This document shows positions 37,001 to 50,400 of a stretch of 64,000 bases of DNA, piece after piece (the first letter of the stretch is position 1; the number at the start of each line of letters is the position of its first letter). Origin of the DNA: Gnetum montanum (lineage: Eukaryota; Plantae; Gnetophyta); NCBI GenBank assembly GCA_015680685.1, contig MNCI01000921.1:244423-308422 (forward strand), read 5' to 3'. The position numbers were made by a program, and so were the translations under genes. The notes below the pieces were generated by a model. That model was not told the DNA's origin, made no database searches, and was given only the letters and a program-made list of their open reading frames with translations.

Positions 37001-40000
37001 AGGCAATATTGAACATTTTTGCATGTAATTGCACCTTGTATCACTATATGTGATGCATGAAACCTTCTTCTTTTTTATCTTCCCAAAAGTGTTCTCCTTA
37101 GATATTTCCAAGGAAAGATCACAGATTCCTATAAAGGAATTTATGGTACTTAGCCATGCCCTTCCCATTATTATTGGGAAGTCCCCTTTATCATTGTTTA
37201 CTTGTATCACTAGGAAATTAGCTGGGTATGACCATCCACACATAGTGGTAATGATGTCCTCCACTAGTCCCAGGGAAATAGTGATGGACTAGTTGGCCAG
37301 CTCTAGGCGAATATTGCTCTTCCTTAATGGAGGTAGGTTCCAAGCTTTTTTACATCTTTTGTGATATTAAGTTGACTCCAAAACCTAAGTCTAGAAGGGC
37401 TTTACATGGTTCATTCCCAGTGACTTGGAGATAGATTAGGGGGCTTCCAAGATCAAAAAATTTCCTGGGAAGATGGCCAACCTTAATCCAATTGATAATG
37501 GCATGTGTTAACATAACCATATGCGTTGAGCTCAGTGTTTGGTTTGAAGGGAGTTCCAAAGCCTTAATTGATGGAGAGGCATTCATAGGTTCAACCGCTT
37601 GTGGTTGTGAGGGCTTGGTTGCATTGTTGGTTCTAAAGAAAGGTCTTCTCTTCATACGGTTGTGAGAACCAGTAGCAGGTTAAACATTCATAGCCCTCGT
37701 GTCATTGCATTATTGCGGTTGAGTGGGGAGTTCCCCCTACATTGCTGGAGCGGGTGGTAATGGAGCTATCGGTGTGAGTTGCAGATGGATTTGGAGGATG
37801 GTATGTCTGTGGGTTATCTCCCCTAGGAGAAGGATTCCTATAATACTCCTGAGCTTGGTAGTGGTGTTGTGGTGTCATGTGGCCAACAAAGTCACGTGGA
37901 GAGATTGGATGCTACACGTAGTAGCCATATGGATCTGGTTACCGGTAGGGGTATTGTTGCCTTGGTGGTGGCATCCCCCATGACTGTGGGTATTGCCACT
38001 GTTGATGTTGCTCAATAGGTTGTGGCGGAGTTCCACTTGGATAATATGTTGAAGGTTGGTGGAACTACCTTGGGTTACCTTTGGGGATAAGGTAACCGTC
38101 AGGGTGCTTGTCATTTATTAAGTCGTGGGTTGAGTGAATACACCCCAGACTCTTGTAGATGTGAGATCACTGGGCAACATCCCTTAGGATGGTCATATTG
38201 GCATATCTCACAACCACTGTCATGATCCGTGTCTGAATCCACAACCTCTTCAGTGATGGCCATTTTGCCCTTACCCTTGTTACATGCATTTTCCACTTCT
38301 CTCTTTTTCTTCTTGTTATGGTCACTACCTCGCTCCCTAAACTCCTCTATGATTTTAAGAATAGTTTCAAAACTACTATCCAGGGAGTCCCACATTTGGT
38401 CTACCTTTGCCAATACTTCTATTGTTAACTTTTGGAGCAGTAAATTTTTCCTATTAACCATCTCTTCGAGTGGTAACTCTTCCTCCTCCTCACAAAATCT
38501 CACTCCCCTTTTTTGAAGGGAAGGATCTTGATTGTATTCTTCTACACTTTCTCTCTTACATAGCTCCCCTTCTTCCTTGGCTACTTACTCTAACAATCTA
38601 TGAACCTGATGAGACCTAAGCTCTGATAATCTCCCTTGGGCATATGTTCCAAGGGTTCTCCTTGTTTCATGCCTAAGTCCATCTACGAGATGGCGTAATT
38701 GATCCCGCTATGAATACCCATGGCCAAGGCAACGATGTAACAGTGCATAATAGTGGCCCATGGCAGCATCCAAGGGTTCATGATTTCCCTACTTCCATCC
38801 TTGGATTTGCTTTTGCAGGTTAGACACTCAGGAGTACATTTGGTACTTATCATTAGACAGTTCTAACATTGTACTCCACCTCCAAATGGATTCTGATTCT
38901 AAGGATTGGTACCAGCTTTCCGCTTCTTTGACTAGTGTCCTTGGGAACAACTTTAGTTTTTGCCATTTGTTCTCGATGTTTTGCAAGGCACATGCATCAT
39001 GGAATGCTTATAAATGATTTTGAGGATCAGTGTTGTATCCCCCTTCAAATCATGGGATGTTGTTCATGTCTAACCTCTTGATCCTACTATCCTTTCGGTG
39101 CCTTGTGGGAACTCTTATGGCCTTTGTTATATCTAGCATGCTTCTAGTTGTGAGTAGGGATTCTTCATGGTCATCTCTTTCATAGCATCTATGGTGTCTA
39201 TGCAGTTCCCTACTCTCCCTTCTTCAATGCCTTGATTCCTTAGAGTGCCCTTGTCCTCGTTCTTAACTATCTTATTGATGTTTTTCACTCTATTTTCCTT
39301 TATCCTCACGGTTGGTTTCCTTATGGCTGCATCCGGACATTGAAGGAGAGGGTGAATGTGATGATGAAGATGAAGAAGAAGGAGAACCATCGCCATGACG
39401 ATGTTTTCTACCTTCTCTTCGGTGGTCTTGGCCTTGATCATGATTACGATTAGAACGTCTACCCTTATCATGTGTTTGTGTTCCCTCGTTAAAGACTTCG
39501 TGTTTGTGTGGATCAGAACTAGGGTTGTGAATAATGAAGTGGAGGTTCTAATACACCACCTCCTGACCATCATTAGGAGGGGGAACATCATTTTGTGGAG
39601 AACCTATTGAAATAGGTTCACCATCCCTAGTTTTTCTTAAAATATGCAAGGCGTTATGGGGCCATTTACCTTTCAAGGATGTGTGGTAACTCTCTTATCG
39701 CAAGTCCCTTTGACGTTGCACTTTTGTGGGATGATAGTCCCTTATGTCATGATCACATGCAATGTATTCCACATATAAAAGTGGCATGCCTATTCATGTG
39801 AGAGCACGAAGGAGCATGTTGGGGACTGATCAGTCTAGAGGCAACACTATGTTATCCTCCAAGTCTCTCCAACGCAGTTGTTCATCTTGATGGAGAATAA
39901 AGGTGAAATCAAGTACATACTCATCATGATGAGTATATACCACCCAAAACTATTAAGTAACTAGTGGATCTTGGTTACATGTATTATGCCACAAACTGTC

Positions 40001-40967
40001 TCTTGTGTGAGTCCTAGGCGGTGAAGTGCTCTTATGTGAAGAAGAAGACATCTTTTTCTTGTTCGGTGTGTGATGTATCATTGTCTTATCTTCCTTTGAT
40101 TAACCCTAAGGGTTCATTCTAATGTTTCAACAATATGGATGATTTCCTATGTTCTACGCAGCACAAAAACAACTAAGTCCTCGGCAATAGTGCCAATGAT
40201 GAGTGGCAAGGTACCCCTACACTCAACCATACGAATACAAGTGTCTCATGCATGATCCGGTCAAACTCCAAGGACTAAGTGCTTACACACCTTAATGGAA
40301 CACTCAGGGTTAATCAATCGTTGTCTTCCCAAACTTACTTGTATTTTCATAGTTGTATGGTTAGGTAAGCTTAAGGTGCATGATTTTTATAACTTTTATC
40401 TTTTTGATGTCTTATGCTAATAAGGGAAAGGGAAAGAGAACTAAGTGATTAACTATTCATTAACTAGGTTCTAATTTTCCTAACACCAGTATCCGTTCCC
40501 ACTTTCCGTACACATCCTGAACCAGTGCAACGCTGCTAGGATTACCAAATGGTAATCGTTACTGGGTTACCAAGCGCTACACGCATGCTCAAAGCGGTCG
40601 TACTGAGTGCACTTAACTAAGAGGATCAAGAGGTTGAGAGAGAAATTAATTAACTAGGAAAGAATTAAACATTCAATAAGAATTAATTACTAATTAGCTT
40701 AGTCTGTATGCTACAAGGTTTATCATAAAGTTCATCTTTATTGTCGTACACAAATGTGTGCTCAGGTACAATTTTCTCAAATAAAGTTCCATTCACTCTA
40801 TGACTCCTATTGCAGGCATACAGAAATTATTCTAACTCTAGAATGGTAAAACTGCAAGAGTTTGGCTAAGGGTCTAAGTCTAACTATTGGGAACAAAGGC
40901 TACTGCCTCTTATTTATAGAAGATGAGGCAGGACGTGATATCGTGTACATGATATCGTGGCTTATTA
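34082..40967 (-). mobile_element. Element E: non-autonomous Athila-like element (gag-PR only)
   Basis: LTRs 34082-34898 and 40197-40967 are highly similar. PBS (reverse complement ttggcactattgccgaggac, 40177-40196) is Asp-type, and the PPT is at ~34899-34908. No RT, RH or INT motifs between PR and the 3' LTR. Confidence 0.88.
36790..40051 (-). pseudogene. Element E gag-protease
   Basis: Gag core at ~38600-39060 is homologous to A 42724-43230. Knuckle CEICQYDHPKGCCP (38111-38503). Protease CKALLDLGFGVNLI (37350-37655) and YPANFLVI..PIIMGRAWL (36923-37264). Confidence 0.85.
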
Positions 40968-43900
40968 GAGTGTCTTGTCCTTAACTATTCCAACTTATCT
41001 ATTTTTGCAATGTAGGTATTAATGATTTGCTCTTCAATTCCATGTACTAATTGGATTGATTTTCTTCACTTATGATCAATCACTAGGTTCCCTCTTGTTG
41101 GGTGGCTGCTACATATAGATAATTTTGCATACATATTATTTCTACACATCAATTGCATGCCTTAGTCTCATCTTATTTGATTGCCTGGATTCTTTGCATG
41201 TAATTGCACCCATTATCACTGTATGTGATACATGAAACTCTTTGTCTTTGTATGATTCTAGCCTCATCTTCTTTAGAAATTTCCATGGATAAATCACAAA
41301 TTCCAAGCTTAGCATCCATGATGCTAAGCTAAGCCCTTCCCATAATAATTGCAAATTTTCCCATGTTCCACATGCATAACTAGAAAGTCTACAAGATAAG
41401 ACCATCCACTAATGGTGGTAATCACATCATTCACTTGTCCAAGTGGTATTGTGATTGAGTAGTCCACAAGCTCTAGATGAATGTTACTTATCTTTAGTGG
41501 TGGTAGGTTCCAAGCCTAATACATGTCTTGAGATATTATATTTACTCCAAACCTAGAATCTAGTAGAGCCTTGCATGATTTGTATCCTGTTATTTAGAGT
41601 TAAATCAAGGGACTTCATGGATCAATTATCCTTTGTGGGAAAGCCTTTGCCTTGATCCAATGAGTTATTTTTTATATGAGCATGATAATTGTGATGTTTG
41701 AATTTGATGAAGTCAGAAGCTTGTTGCATTCTGAAGGGCTTGAGGTAGATGGGGTGGAATTAGATGTATTCCCCATCTATTAAGTATTTTCTAGACTTGT
41801 TTTGAAGAATGGTCATTTCCTAGGTTGAGAATCATAGGTAACCATGCCCTCATGTATATTAACTATCCTTGTAGCACTTTTTTGTTAGGATTGTGATGGT
41901 GATTCCCATAAAATAATAAGAGGTCGCATTGGTGGTAGAGAATTTAAATGTTGGTTAGAAGGACCAGCTATTGATGGATGCATATATGACTTGGGATTAA
42001 TCCTTGGTGGCATTGATCTATGATATTCTAGTGGATAATAGTTTGGAATCTAGATATTTGCATTTGCTAGTGAGATTGGATGTTGGACATAGTATCCATC
42101 AGGATCAAGTTGTCGATATGGATGCTATTTCCTTAGTGTTGGCATGACCCATGTCTGTGGTTACTACTACTACTACTCGTATTACTCTTGTGGTTGAGGG
42201 TAGGCTCCACTTGGGTAATAGGTTGGCTAAAAAGATTTTCTTATATTACCTTGAGGATAAGGAAGTCTTCTAGGTCCTTGCTTTTTGATGAAGCTTGAAT
42301 TGAGTGCATATACCCCAGATTCTTGCAAATGGGCCATAACAGGATAACATCCCTTAGGATGTTCATAATGGCATACCTTGCATTCTTTCTTTTCTTATGA
42401 ACTAGACTTAGGGTATCCTTCAATGGTAGTAATTTTTCCTTTTTGCTTGTAACTATCTCATCCATAATCTCTTTTCTTTGCCCTTGCTCAGTGCTTAATT
42501 AATATTTTTTTTTCATGATCTTTAGGGCTATCATGAATTTCTCATTTGTTGAATCCTAGAATTTCTCTAACTTGGCTGCTATATCCTTGACTAATTTTTA
42601 AATAGGTAGAGTCCTTTGCTAAATGGCCTAGTCCAAGGTTTCCTCCTCTTGCATTTCACAAACTTGTGCATCCCTCTTTTGGATTGATGGATTTCTATTG
42701 TACTCTTTAGCTAATTTCTTTTTTCATAGTTCACCTTCATATTTTTCCACTTGATCGATTATTCTTTGAATGCGATGGACGATCATTTCTAATAATCTTT
42801 CTTGGGCATAAGCCCAAAGGATCTCTCTAGTTTTGCTTTGCAATCCATCTACAATGTGTCTGAGTTGTTCCTTTGATGAAAATCCATGGCTTGGGTACCT
42901 ATGTAGTAATGAATAGTATCTATCCATTACTACATCAAGGATCTCATGAGTCCCTTGCTTCCATCCTTGGATTTTTTTTGTAAGTTTGACATTCATGAAT
43001 AGGTTTGGTACTTTTCATTAAATATTTTGAGCATGGTACTTAAGTGTCTGATTGATTTAGGTTCTAATTACCTATACCAACTCTCCATCTCCTCAAAAAG
43101 TATTTTGGGAAATAGCTTCAATTTTTTCCAATCACTTTTAATATTTTTGAGAATTCAGGCATCATGGAAAGCTTGAAGGTAATGTTGTGGATCAACATTA
43201 TAGCCACTATCAAATATCAACATGTTGTTCATCTCTAGCTATTTAATTTGGCTATCTCTCACATACCTAGTTGGTATGTAGATAGCTTCCTAGATATTTA
43301 TCATGCTTTTAGTTGTCATAAGGGGTGCATCATCATGGTCAAGTTTGTATGCTCTATTGTAGCAATGACCCCTTCTATGCTCATATCTCTCTTGATCCTC
43401 TCTTCGCTCTCTTCATCTCCTTCATTCATGTTCTTCATCTTCTATATTAGAGTGATATGAATATTTTTCATGATGGTCATGAGTCCTCCTTCCTTCCCTA
43501 TCATAGTCTTGGTACTTATATCATCTTCTATTAGAGTCCTCTAATAATCATGATGAAGTAGATGAGGTAGCAGGAGAACAGTGATAGCTTGTTCTCTTTT
43601 CATGACTCTTGTATGATTCTTTGTAGGATTTTACAAGAACCCTTGGCCTTGAGTCCTATTTATTCCTTGAGTTAGTATCCTCCCTCTTAGGTGTATCCAC
43701 TATAGTGGAATGAAGTTGGGCTTTGATAGGTTCTTCATCTCTAATGATAGAAGTTTTTAAAGGCTTCTTGTGAGTGTAGTGGAGTTGCTCTAAAATGAAT
43801 GCATTAGCATCAAGTTCTTTTAAGACAAAAAAAGTGTTAACCTACTTTCCTTTGTTATGTACATGTTTGATCTCCATGGTAGCATCTCTCCTCATTTGCT

Positions 43901-44225
43901 CCTTTATGGATTCATAGGGTCTTTTCATGTGTTGAATCACATGATAACCTTCTTGGATCTAGTCCAAATACATTTCCCTTAATGTAGTTTGGAGCATGTT
44001 AAGTGCTGCATGTTTTGGAGGTAGGAATATGTTTCCTTGCATGTTCATCCATCTCATTTGATTGTCCTGATGAAAGATGAAAGTAAAGTCTGGATGGTAA
44101 AGATTAGTGTGAGCATTAGTTATTCTTATCTACATTGGCATCCCCCATTCTTCTTCAGCAATGATTTTATCACTACTTCTTCTTGTCTCCTTGGTAGGTG
44201 ATCATTGTTCTTTTTTTGAAGCCAT
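40968..44225 (-). pseudogene. Element A gag-protease
   Basis: ATG at 44225 downstream of the PBS. Gag core 42724-42996 (IQGWKQG..QLRHIVDGL), protease CKALLDSRFGVNII at ~41535-41580. Colinear with E gag-PR. Confidence 0.85.
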
Positions 44226-44340
44226 GTTTATATTTTAGATGTTATGTGTTAAGTATGATTTTCTTATGGTTATAAATCTTGACCTTATGTTTCAAATACA
44301 AAAAACTTTGGGAAATAAATTACTTAGCATACATTGGCAT

Positions 44341-44360
44341 GTCCCTAGCAATGATGCTAA
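44341..44360 (-). promoter_or_regulatory. Primer binding site (tRNA-Asp type) of element A
   Basis: Reverse complement ttagcatcattgctagggac is a deaminated form of the Athila PBS TGGCGCCGTTGCCGGGGA and abuts the 5' LTR. Confidence 0.8.
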
Positions 44361-45271
44361 TGATGAGTGGTGGAGTATCTAACATCCAAGCATACAAGTT
44401 ACAAGTGTTCACACATAGCCTAGTTGAATTTTGTGGATAAGGTAATGTAATTATGCTCGTGATTGGTTAGAGTTTGTGATCATTGTCTTTCCACATGAGC
44501 TAGTAAAATTGATGTGTATGGTTTAACTCATGGTAAGGTGTATGATACTAATGTTGTATGGGCCATATTACTCCTAGTAAACATAAAGTAAATGGGATGG
44601 TTCCTAAATCCAAGTGATAGTAAACAAATCTAATCTAGCCTATGTAATGAGCATCCAATCTTAACCTTTCGTTCACACCTTGAACTTGGTGCAAATATTA
44701 CTGAGGTTATCGAGTACCTCACTACTAGGCACACCAAGTGATAGTACTACTATGTTACCAAGCAACTACACCTAAGTGCTCAAGATTAGTTGCACTCATT
44801 CTACTTAACAAAAATAATGAAAAAGTACATAAAAAGTAAATCAATAACTAGAGAAAAAAATAAACATTAAGCTAAGTCAAAGCAAGAAAATTATTCTAAG
44901 TGTGAACTATAAAGAAACTAAGTGATGCTACAATGATGCAAAGTAATCTTGATCTTTATTTCTATGCATGAAATGTGTCCAAGTACATTCAACTCGAATA
45001 AAGACTTTGTTCAATTACTAAACATCATACTACAAGCATACACTCCTAAGTGCTAAGTACTAAAATCAAGAAAACAAACTAATAAAATTTTGCTAAGTGT
45101 GAAATAAAATTGTATGTGGACCATGTGCCTAAGTGTTGTATTTATAGGCCTATATACATATACAATATTGAATACGTAACATCGTAGCTTATGCCCTGAT
45201 ATTGGAGATCCAATATCGTAGCTCTGATATTGGATGTCCAATATCATTTCTGACAAAATTTCAATTTATCA
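44361..45271 (-). repeat. 5' LTR of element A
   Basis: tgatgag...tttatca, colinear with 4210-4972 + 8046-8179, followed by TSD agcac. Confidence 0.9.
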
Positions 45272-45339
45272 AGCACTATAAAGAGGACATATTTCTCTAT
45301 CTAGTTAAGTATTAATCTCTTCTTTGATCCAATGTCATG

Positions 45340-47397
45340 TAATATATGACAACATCTTGAATGCTTTAAAATGTTATTAGACTAATAGTACATCACCCTA
45401 TCTCTCTCATGTTTCTTATCCTCAAGGTATCCTAAGAGTCTTAGGAGTGTGTGTTTATGTTTTGAGACTATTTTGGAGTAATTTGAGTGATTTTTAGTAG
45501 TCATGTAGGAAATTATAGTCTTATTGTTTATTACATTTTGTAACTACAAGTAGTTATAGGTCATCGTTTATCATAATTTGTAACCCAAACAAAAATATAT
45601 GATCTTTTGCATTCTGTAGCAAGTTGAGAACCAATGCAAGTTATAGTAACGCCACAATCAGAGATTGGTTGTTGTAGTTTACTATAGTCTATATTTAAAT
45701 AGGAAAGAGATATTCTAGTTTTTACGAGTGCAAGCAAGTTGCAAGTCATAGTCTGGTCACAAGCTAGGAAGTGTGAGATGACTACAAGTTGCACTCACTT
45801 GCAGTCTAGGAAAAACTGATATTTCAAAAGAAGTATGGATTCTAATAGAAAGATTAATGGTCAAAGAAGGTCAAGGATCAATTTAGCAATTATAAACGGA
45901 TGTTAAAGATTCAAAGAGAACACAAGAGAGAGGAAGAGATTATCTGAGGAGAGGTAAAAGAGTCTCCTATAAGTATGAATGTTGTCTTCTTAAGTATTTG
46001 GAGTTTTGTAAGCTTAAGTCAAGCCACAATTGAGTGAGGATTTAAGTAAGCATTGAGGATATGTATTGTCTCTAGATCCTTGGAAGAGTTTGAGATGACT
46101 CTTATTCCTTATCTTGTTATATTTCTCAATTGACACTACTATAATTGAGTGAGAATTTACTTCATATCCTTTGTGTTCTTGTTTATCCAAGTTAATCTTA
46201 CTTGGAAGTATATAGAATTGGGCCCTTTTCAAATTTTTTGGATAGATCCTTATGAAATTGGTATTAGACCATTGGTTTGAAGGCATCCATACCTAGAGTT
46301 GTTGATCTTTATCAAGATTTGGAAGAATTTTGAAGAATCTAGTATACTTTGTGCATAACTAAAGCTTGAATTACTAAATATTTGTAATAATTGTTTTGAT
46401 TCTTATGAGATCAAGTTGCTTTTATGATAATTGAGCATCCTATTGCTTGAAAGGCTAGGGTTTAAAGTGAATTATTTCAAATTTGTAATTTTTTATTAAA
46501 ACATATTATCATGTAATTTAAATTTAAAAAATACTTTTATTGACATTTTGAATTTTCTTCCAACTTTGAGAATTTATTTGTGGGTATCATATTTGTTACT
46601 TTGAAGCTTTGATATAGGATTATGGAAGTTATGACTTCTAAGAAGAAGACTATCCAAGAGCTTGAAGAGCTTAAGAATTCTTTTAAGAGTTTTATGGCTA
46701 AAATATAAAATTTCATTCCAAAATTGTTAGCTAGTAGACACCAAGATGTTGAAGAGATGTAAAAAAGCTTTACAAATATTGAAGAGGAGAATCCTTTTGC
46801 ACCTTTGACTGGGTAAAAAAGGCGGAATGATCCAAGGGTCTCCAGAAGAGAACCTAGAGTCCAAATGTATGAATAGTGATCCCCTTTCATTTATAATGAT
46901 CCATTTCTAATTATGAATTGAAGTTGTATTATATATTAAACAATGTAATTAATCTTTTGATGAAGGGGTGCCTCATTAAGAGAAGTTTTAATCATTTGCA
47001 ATACCCTTTAGGTGTTTGACTTGTGGCATTTATACCTAGGAATTAGAGGTTGTGCCCGCATAGCGTTGTAGAGCCGACAAAAGATGAGTAATGAGATCCA
47101 AGTAAAGAAGAATAAGAAGGGACTGATCACCCCTTCGGTCTTATGGCCTAACCATGGTGGCACTACTGGATTATCACTAAGGATTCTAAGTGTCACCGAA
47201 AGATAACCCTAAGGATATCTATAAACATTGTTTCCAACATTATCATTATCAATAAAGTCATTTTCTTCTTTTTCTATTAATTCATAGTGCTATTATTTTA
47301 TTTTAAATGCATTATTTAAGTTATTAGCAATGAAACATTATTTATGCATGACATTTGGGAATGGGATGCTACATTTGGTATTCGAGCAAACCACAAT
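45340..47397 (+). mobile_element. Long LTR ending at 47383, followed by a tRNA-Met PBS (start approximate)
   Basis: ...gggatgctaca|tttggtattcgagc (PBS 47384-47397, close to TGGTATCAGAGC). TATA-like ttataaa at ~45891 followed by an AG-rich R-like region. No partner LTR confirmed. Confidence 0.5.
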
Positions 47398-47474
47398 ATA
47401 GGAACCAGAAGTGGAATCAAGTTAAATGTAAGAGCCCATGTTTTATTAAGATCAGAAAACAAGTACATCAAGTA

Positions 47475-50400
47475 GGTTCACTCTAATATTAAATCAACTT
47501 CAACACACTAAATCTAGATACTATGAAAAGATAATTAATTTGATAGAAAACAAGAAAACTAGCTATCTTTAATTATTCAAAGAGAAGATTACAACAAAGT
47601 CTCACAACCCACAAAACATCAAAATAACCTCATAGACTTGAATGATGTTGTAGAGAATGAGGCTCTACAACCACACAATGACTATTCTCAATGCAAGACA
47701 TAACCGATGAAGAACCTCTCCTATAACTTAGGACCAAGATCTCACCTCACAAGCAAGACTATAATACACAAACCAACACATAACACAATTGATCTTGGAG
47801 CTACAACCACATATGCACTCACTCATTATGCTTACTCATACTCTTTCTCAAACTCAACACATGAACTTAGATGACATCTCATCTCTTCATGGTGTACAAG
47901 CATGAAACACAATACACATTTATTAACCAAGAAAGACAAACATCCTAGGAAACCTTTCCCAAGTTCAACTTGAAGATCCTCTACTATTTCTCATCCTTTT
48001 CCATATTTTCTTGAGTGTTTCTAGACTTGAAATGGAAAATTTGGAAGTTTTCCTACTTGTTCAAGTTCTCTTTAACTTTTTTGGAATGTCTTGCTCAGAA
48101 ACTATCAATTCTATGGAGACATCTTAATTCTGGTTGAGATTTCTCACATTGTAGCTAAGGTGTATCATCTCTTCTAGAGACATCTTAGCTGAGACATCTC
48201 TTGATATTGTGAGATGTCTCCTAATATTTTAATATGTCTCATTTGAGATGTTTATCAAAACTTCAAGACATTTCCTATAGGCTTTTAACTCAACCTTGAT
48301 GTCTCCTATCCTTTGAGACATCTCTCTTGAGAGCCCAAATCTTAGACAAGATGACACCATAACCTCCAAGATGTCTCCATGAAGCCCAAAACCTACAAAA
48401 ACATACATGTAGGAAAAGAACGATGGAATTGAAAGAGGTATCTCTATACTAGCTTTCCCACCCTTCAAAAAGTAAACTCATGTAAACAAGGGAGTAGGGG
48501 TTGTAGTGATCCCCCACTCATGAAGTTTGGTCTAATGGATCCATATAGCATCATCCACCAATTGATCCTTCTAATGGATCAAGAACTTATACCTCTTAAC
48601 TCCTTGAGTAGTAGAAGCTTTCCTCTATTTGGGTACAATTTTCTTCCTCTCCATTAAAGGCTTAGACTAATCAATATACCCCTTCAACTCATTGATGTTA
48701 CCCTATATGATCTTCTCATTAACTGATCCAACATAGTACATAAGATCTAAAACATTAAACACAAAATACATACCAACATTGTTTCGTAAATTAATTTTAA
48801 AAGCATTATAATTAATCTTGGCATTAACTCTAAAAGGCCCCATCTTCTTGGCTTTAACTTTGAGAAGTTAACACCTCTTAAATGCTTCTTTTCTAAGTGC
48901 ATCCAAACCAAGTCACCAACAGAAAAAATTAGCTTATGTTTGTCCTCATTCCTCTTCAAGACTCTCTCTTTAGTCTTCTTTGCAAGATTTGATTTTACTT
49001 ATGCATGAAGATCCCTCATCTCTTGCACAAAATCGGCACTAAATTATTCCTCATAATTAAAGTTGTTCCATGTGCCCACAATCTTTGGACAAAAACCATA
49101 GCTTACTTAAAATGGACTTTTACCAATAACAACATGAAAAGCATAATTACATGAAAATCAACCTTCTTCTTCTTCTTTTTGCGGGAAATTCTCTCATTCA
49201 TCCTTCCTTCATCATTAAAATCACAATGTAGATTGCCTTCACACTATTCATTCATTTCATAGCTAAGAAAATTAATTTTATCACTATCAATGTTAACATT
49301 CACATTAATAATGATCATCTCATTATGATTACTACCATAGCCATCATTATTAAATACAAAATTAGACATATCATCATTATTAATATTTCTCCTACTAACA
49401 ATGATATCAAAAGTTACATTGCTTTCATCATTCACAACATAACTCACAACTTCATCACATTCACCACAATGATCATGATTTTCATCATCACAATGGAACA
49501 AATCACTACCAGGCTAAAGTGAAAAACTAGTATCCAACACACTAGTTTCCACATGAGAGATATTACTACCATTAATAAGGTAACACTCACACTTACTTAC
49601 CTCTTCATGGCTTCTCCTATCCAACTTTGGTTTAATTGAATATTCAAAATGTGGCTATCCAATCTTATCAAAGCTTAAAGCTTTAAGATTTCACATAGGA
49701 GTTTCCAATTTAAATGATTTATCCTCTTTATTAGGTACATACAAATCAGCAAAATCATTCATACTTTCCACACGAGGTATGCTAAAATCTACCACATGTA
49801 TTCTAGATGATGTATCAACCACCACATCAACTTTCCCACTTTTGTGCTCCTCCCTTGGCATAAGCAATGTTGGAACTGCACAAGGTGAAATGGACTCCCT
49901 CACAAAGTAATTTACAAGTAACTCCTCTACTTATCCTTGCAATTCTACTTGCTAATTTAGTGCCATTCAGTATTCTCTCTCATTTGGAATGGCAGCACAA
50001 GGGATGAAATCAATCTAATGTTGTACATTATTCATTGAAAACAATCCATCTAATTCCCCCTTAAACACCTTGGGAAATTTCTCCTTCAAGCCTAGCACAC
50101 CTGTAGGAAGTTTAACTTGTACATCATCATGGTTAGAAGCAACTATTAATATAACAACAAATTCAAAACCTATTTTATCATGTTTCTTAATATATTTTCT
50201 CTCTCCTAGAAGGATTAAGGAAGCATTAAGTAAGCTTTGCTACATCACTTATTCAACTATCATGAGAATCAACTCATGAATTCAATTAAATCTAGCTACA
50301 CTCCAAATATTTTTTTACTTCATCAAACTGAGCACCATTATCAAACTTTCAAGGTCCACTAAGAATTACATCAGCATAATCTATTGGAAGCACATCACAC

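Larger units (their letters stand above)
4210..45271 (-). mobile_element. Element A: Athila-like Ty3/gypsy LTR retrotransposon hosting nested insertions
   Basis: Paired LTRs 4210-8179 (split by B) and 44361-45271, both tgatgag...tttatca. 5-bp TSD AGCAC at 4205-4209 and 45272-45276. Asp-type PBS at 44341-44360, PPT at ~8180-8188. gag-PR, RT-RH and accessory ORF lie in the expected order. Confidence 0.9.

Noticed and set aside
40968-40983. cctta (40979-40983) as the right TSD of element C, matching 15062-15066
   Set aside because: The preceding 11 bp do not end in CA or resemble the related LTR end (tagtaca). Could be chance, so left unresolved.
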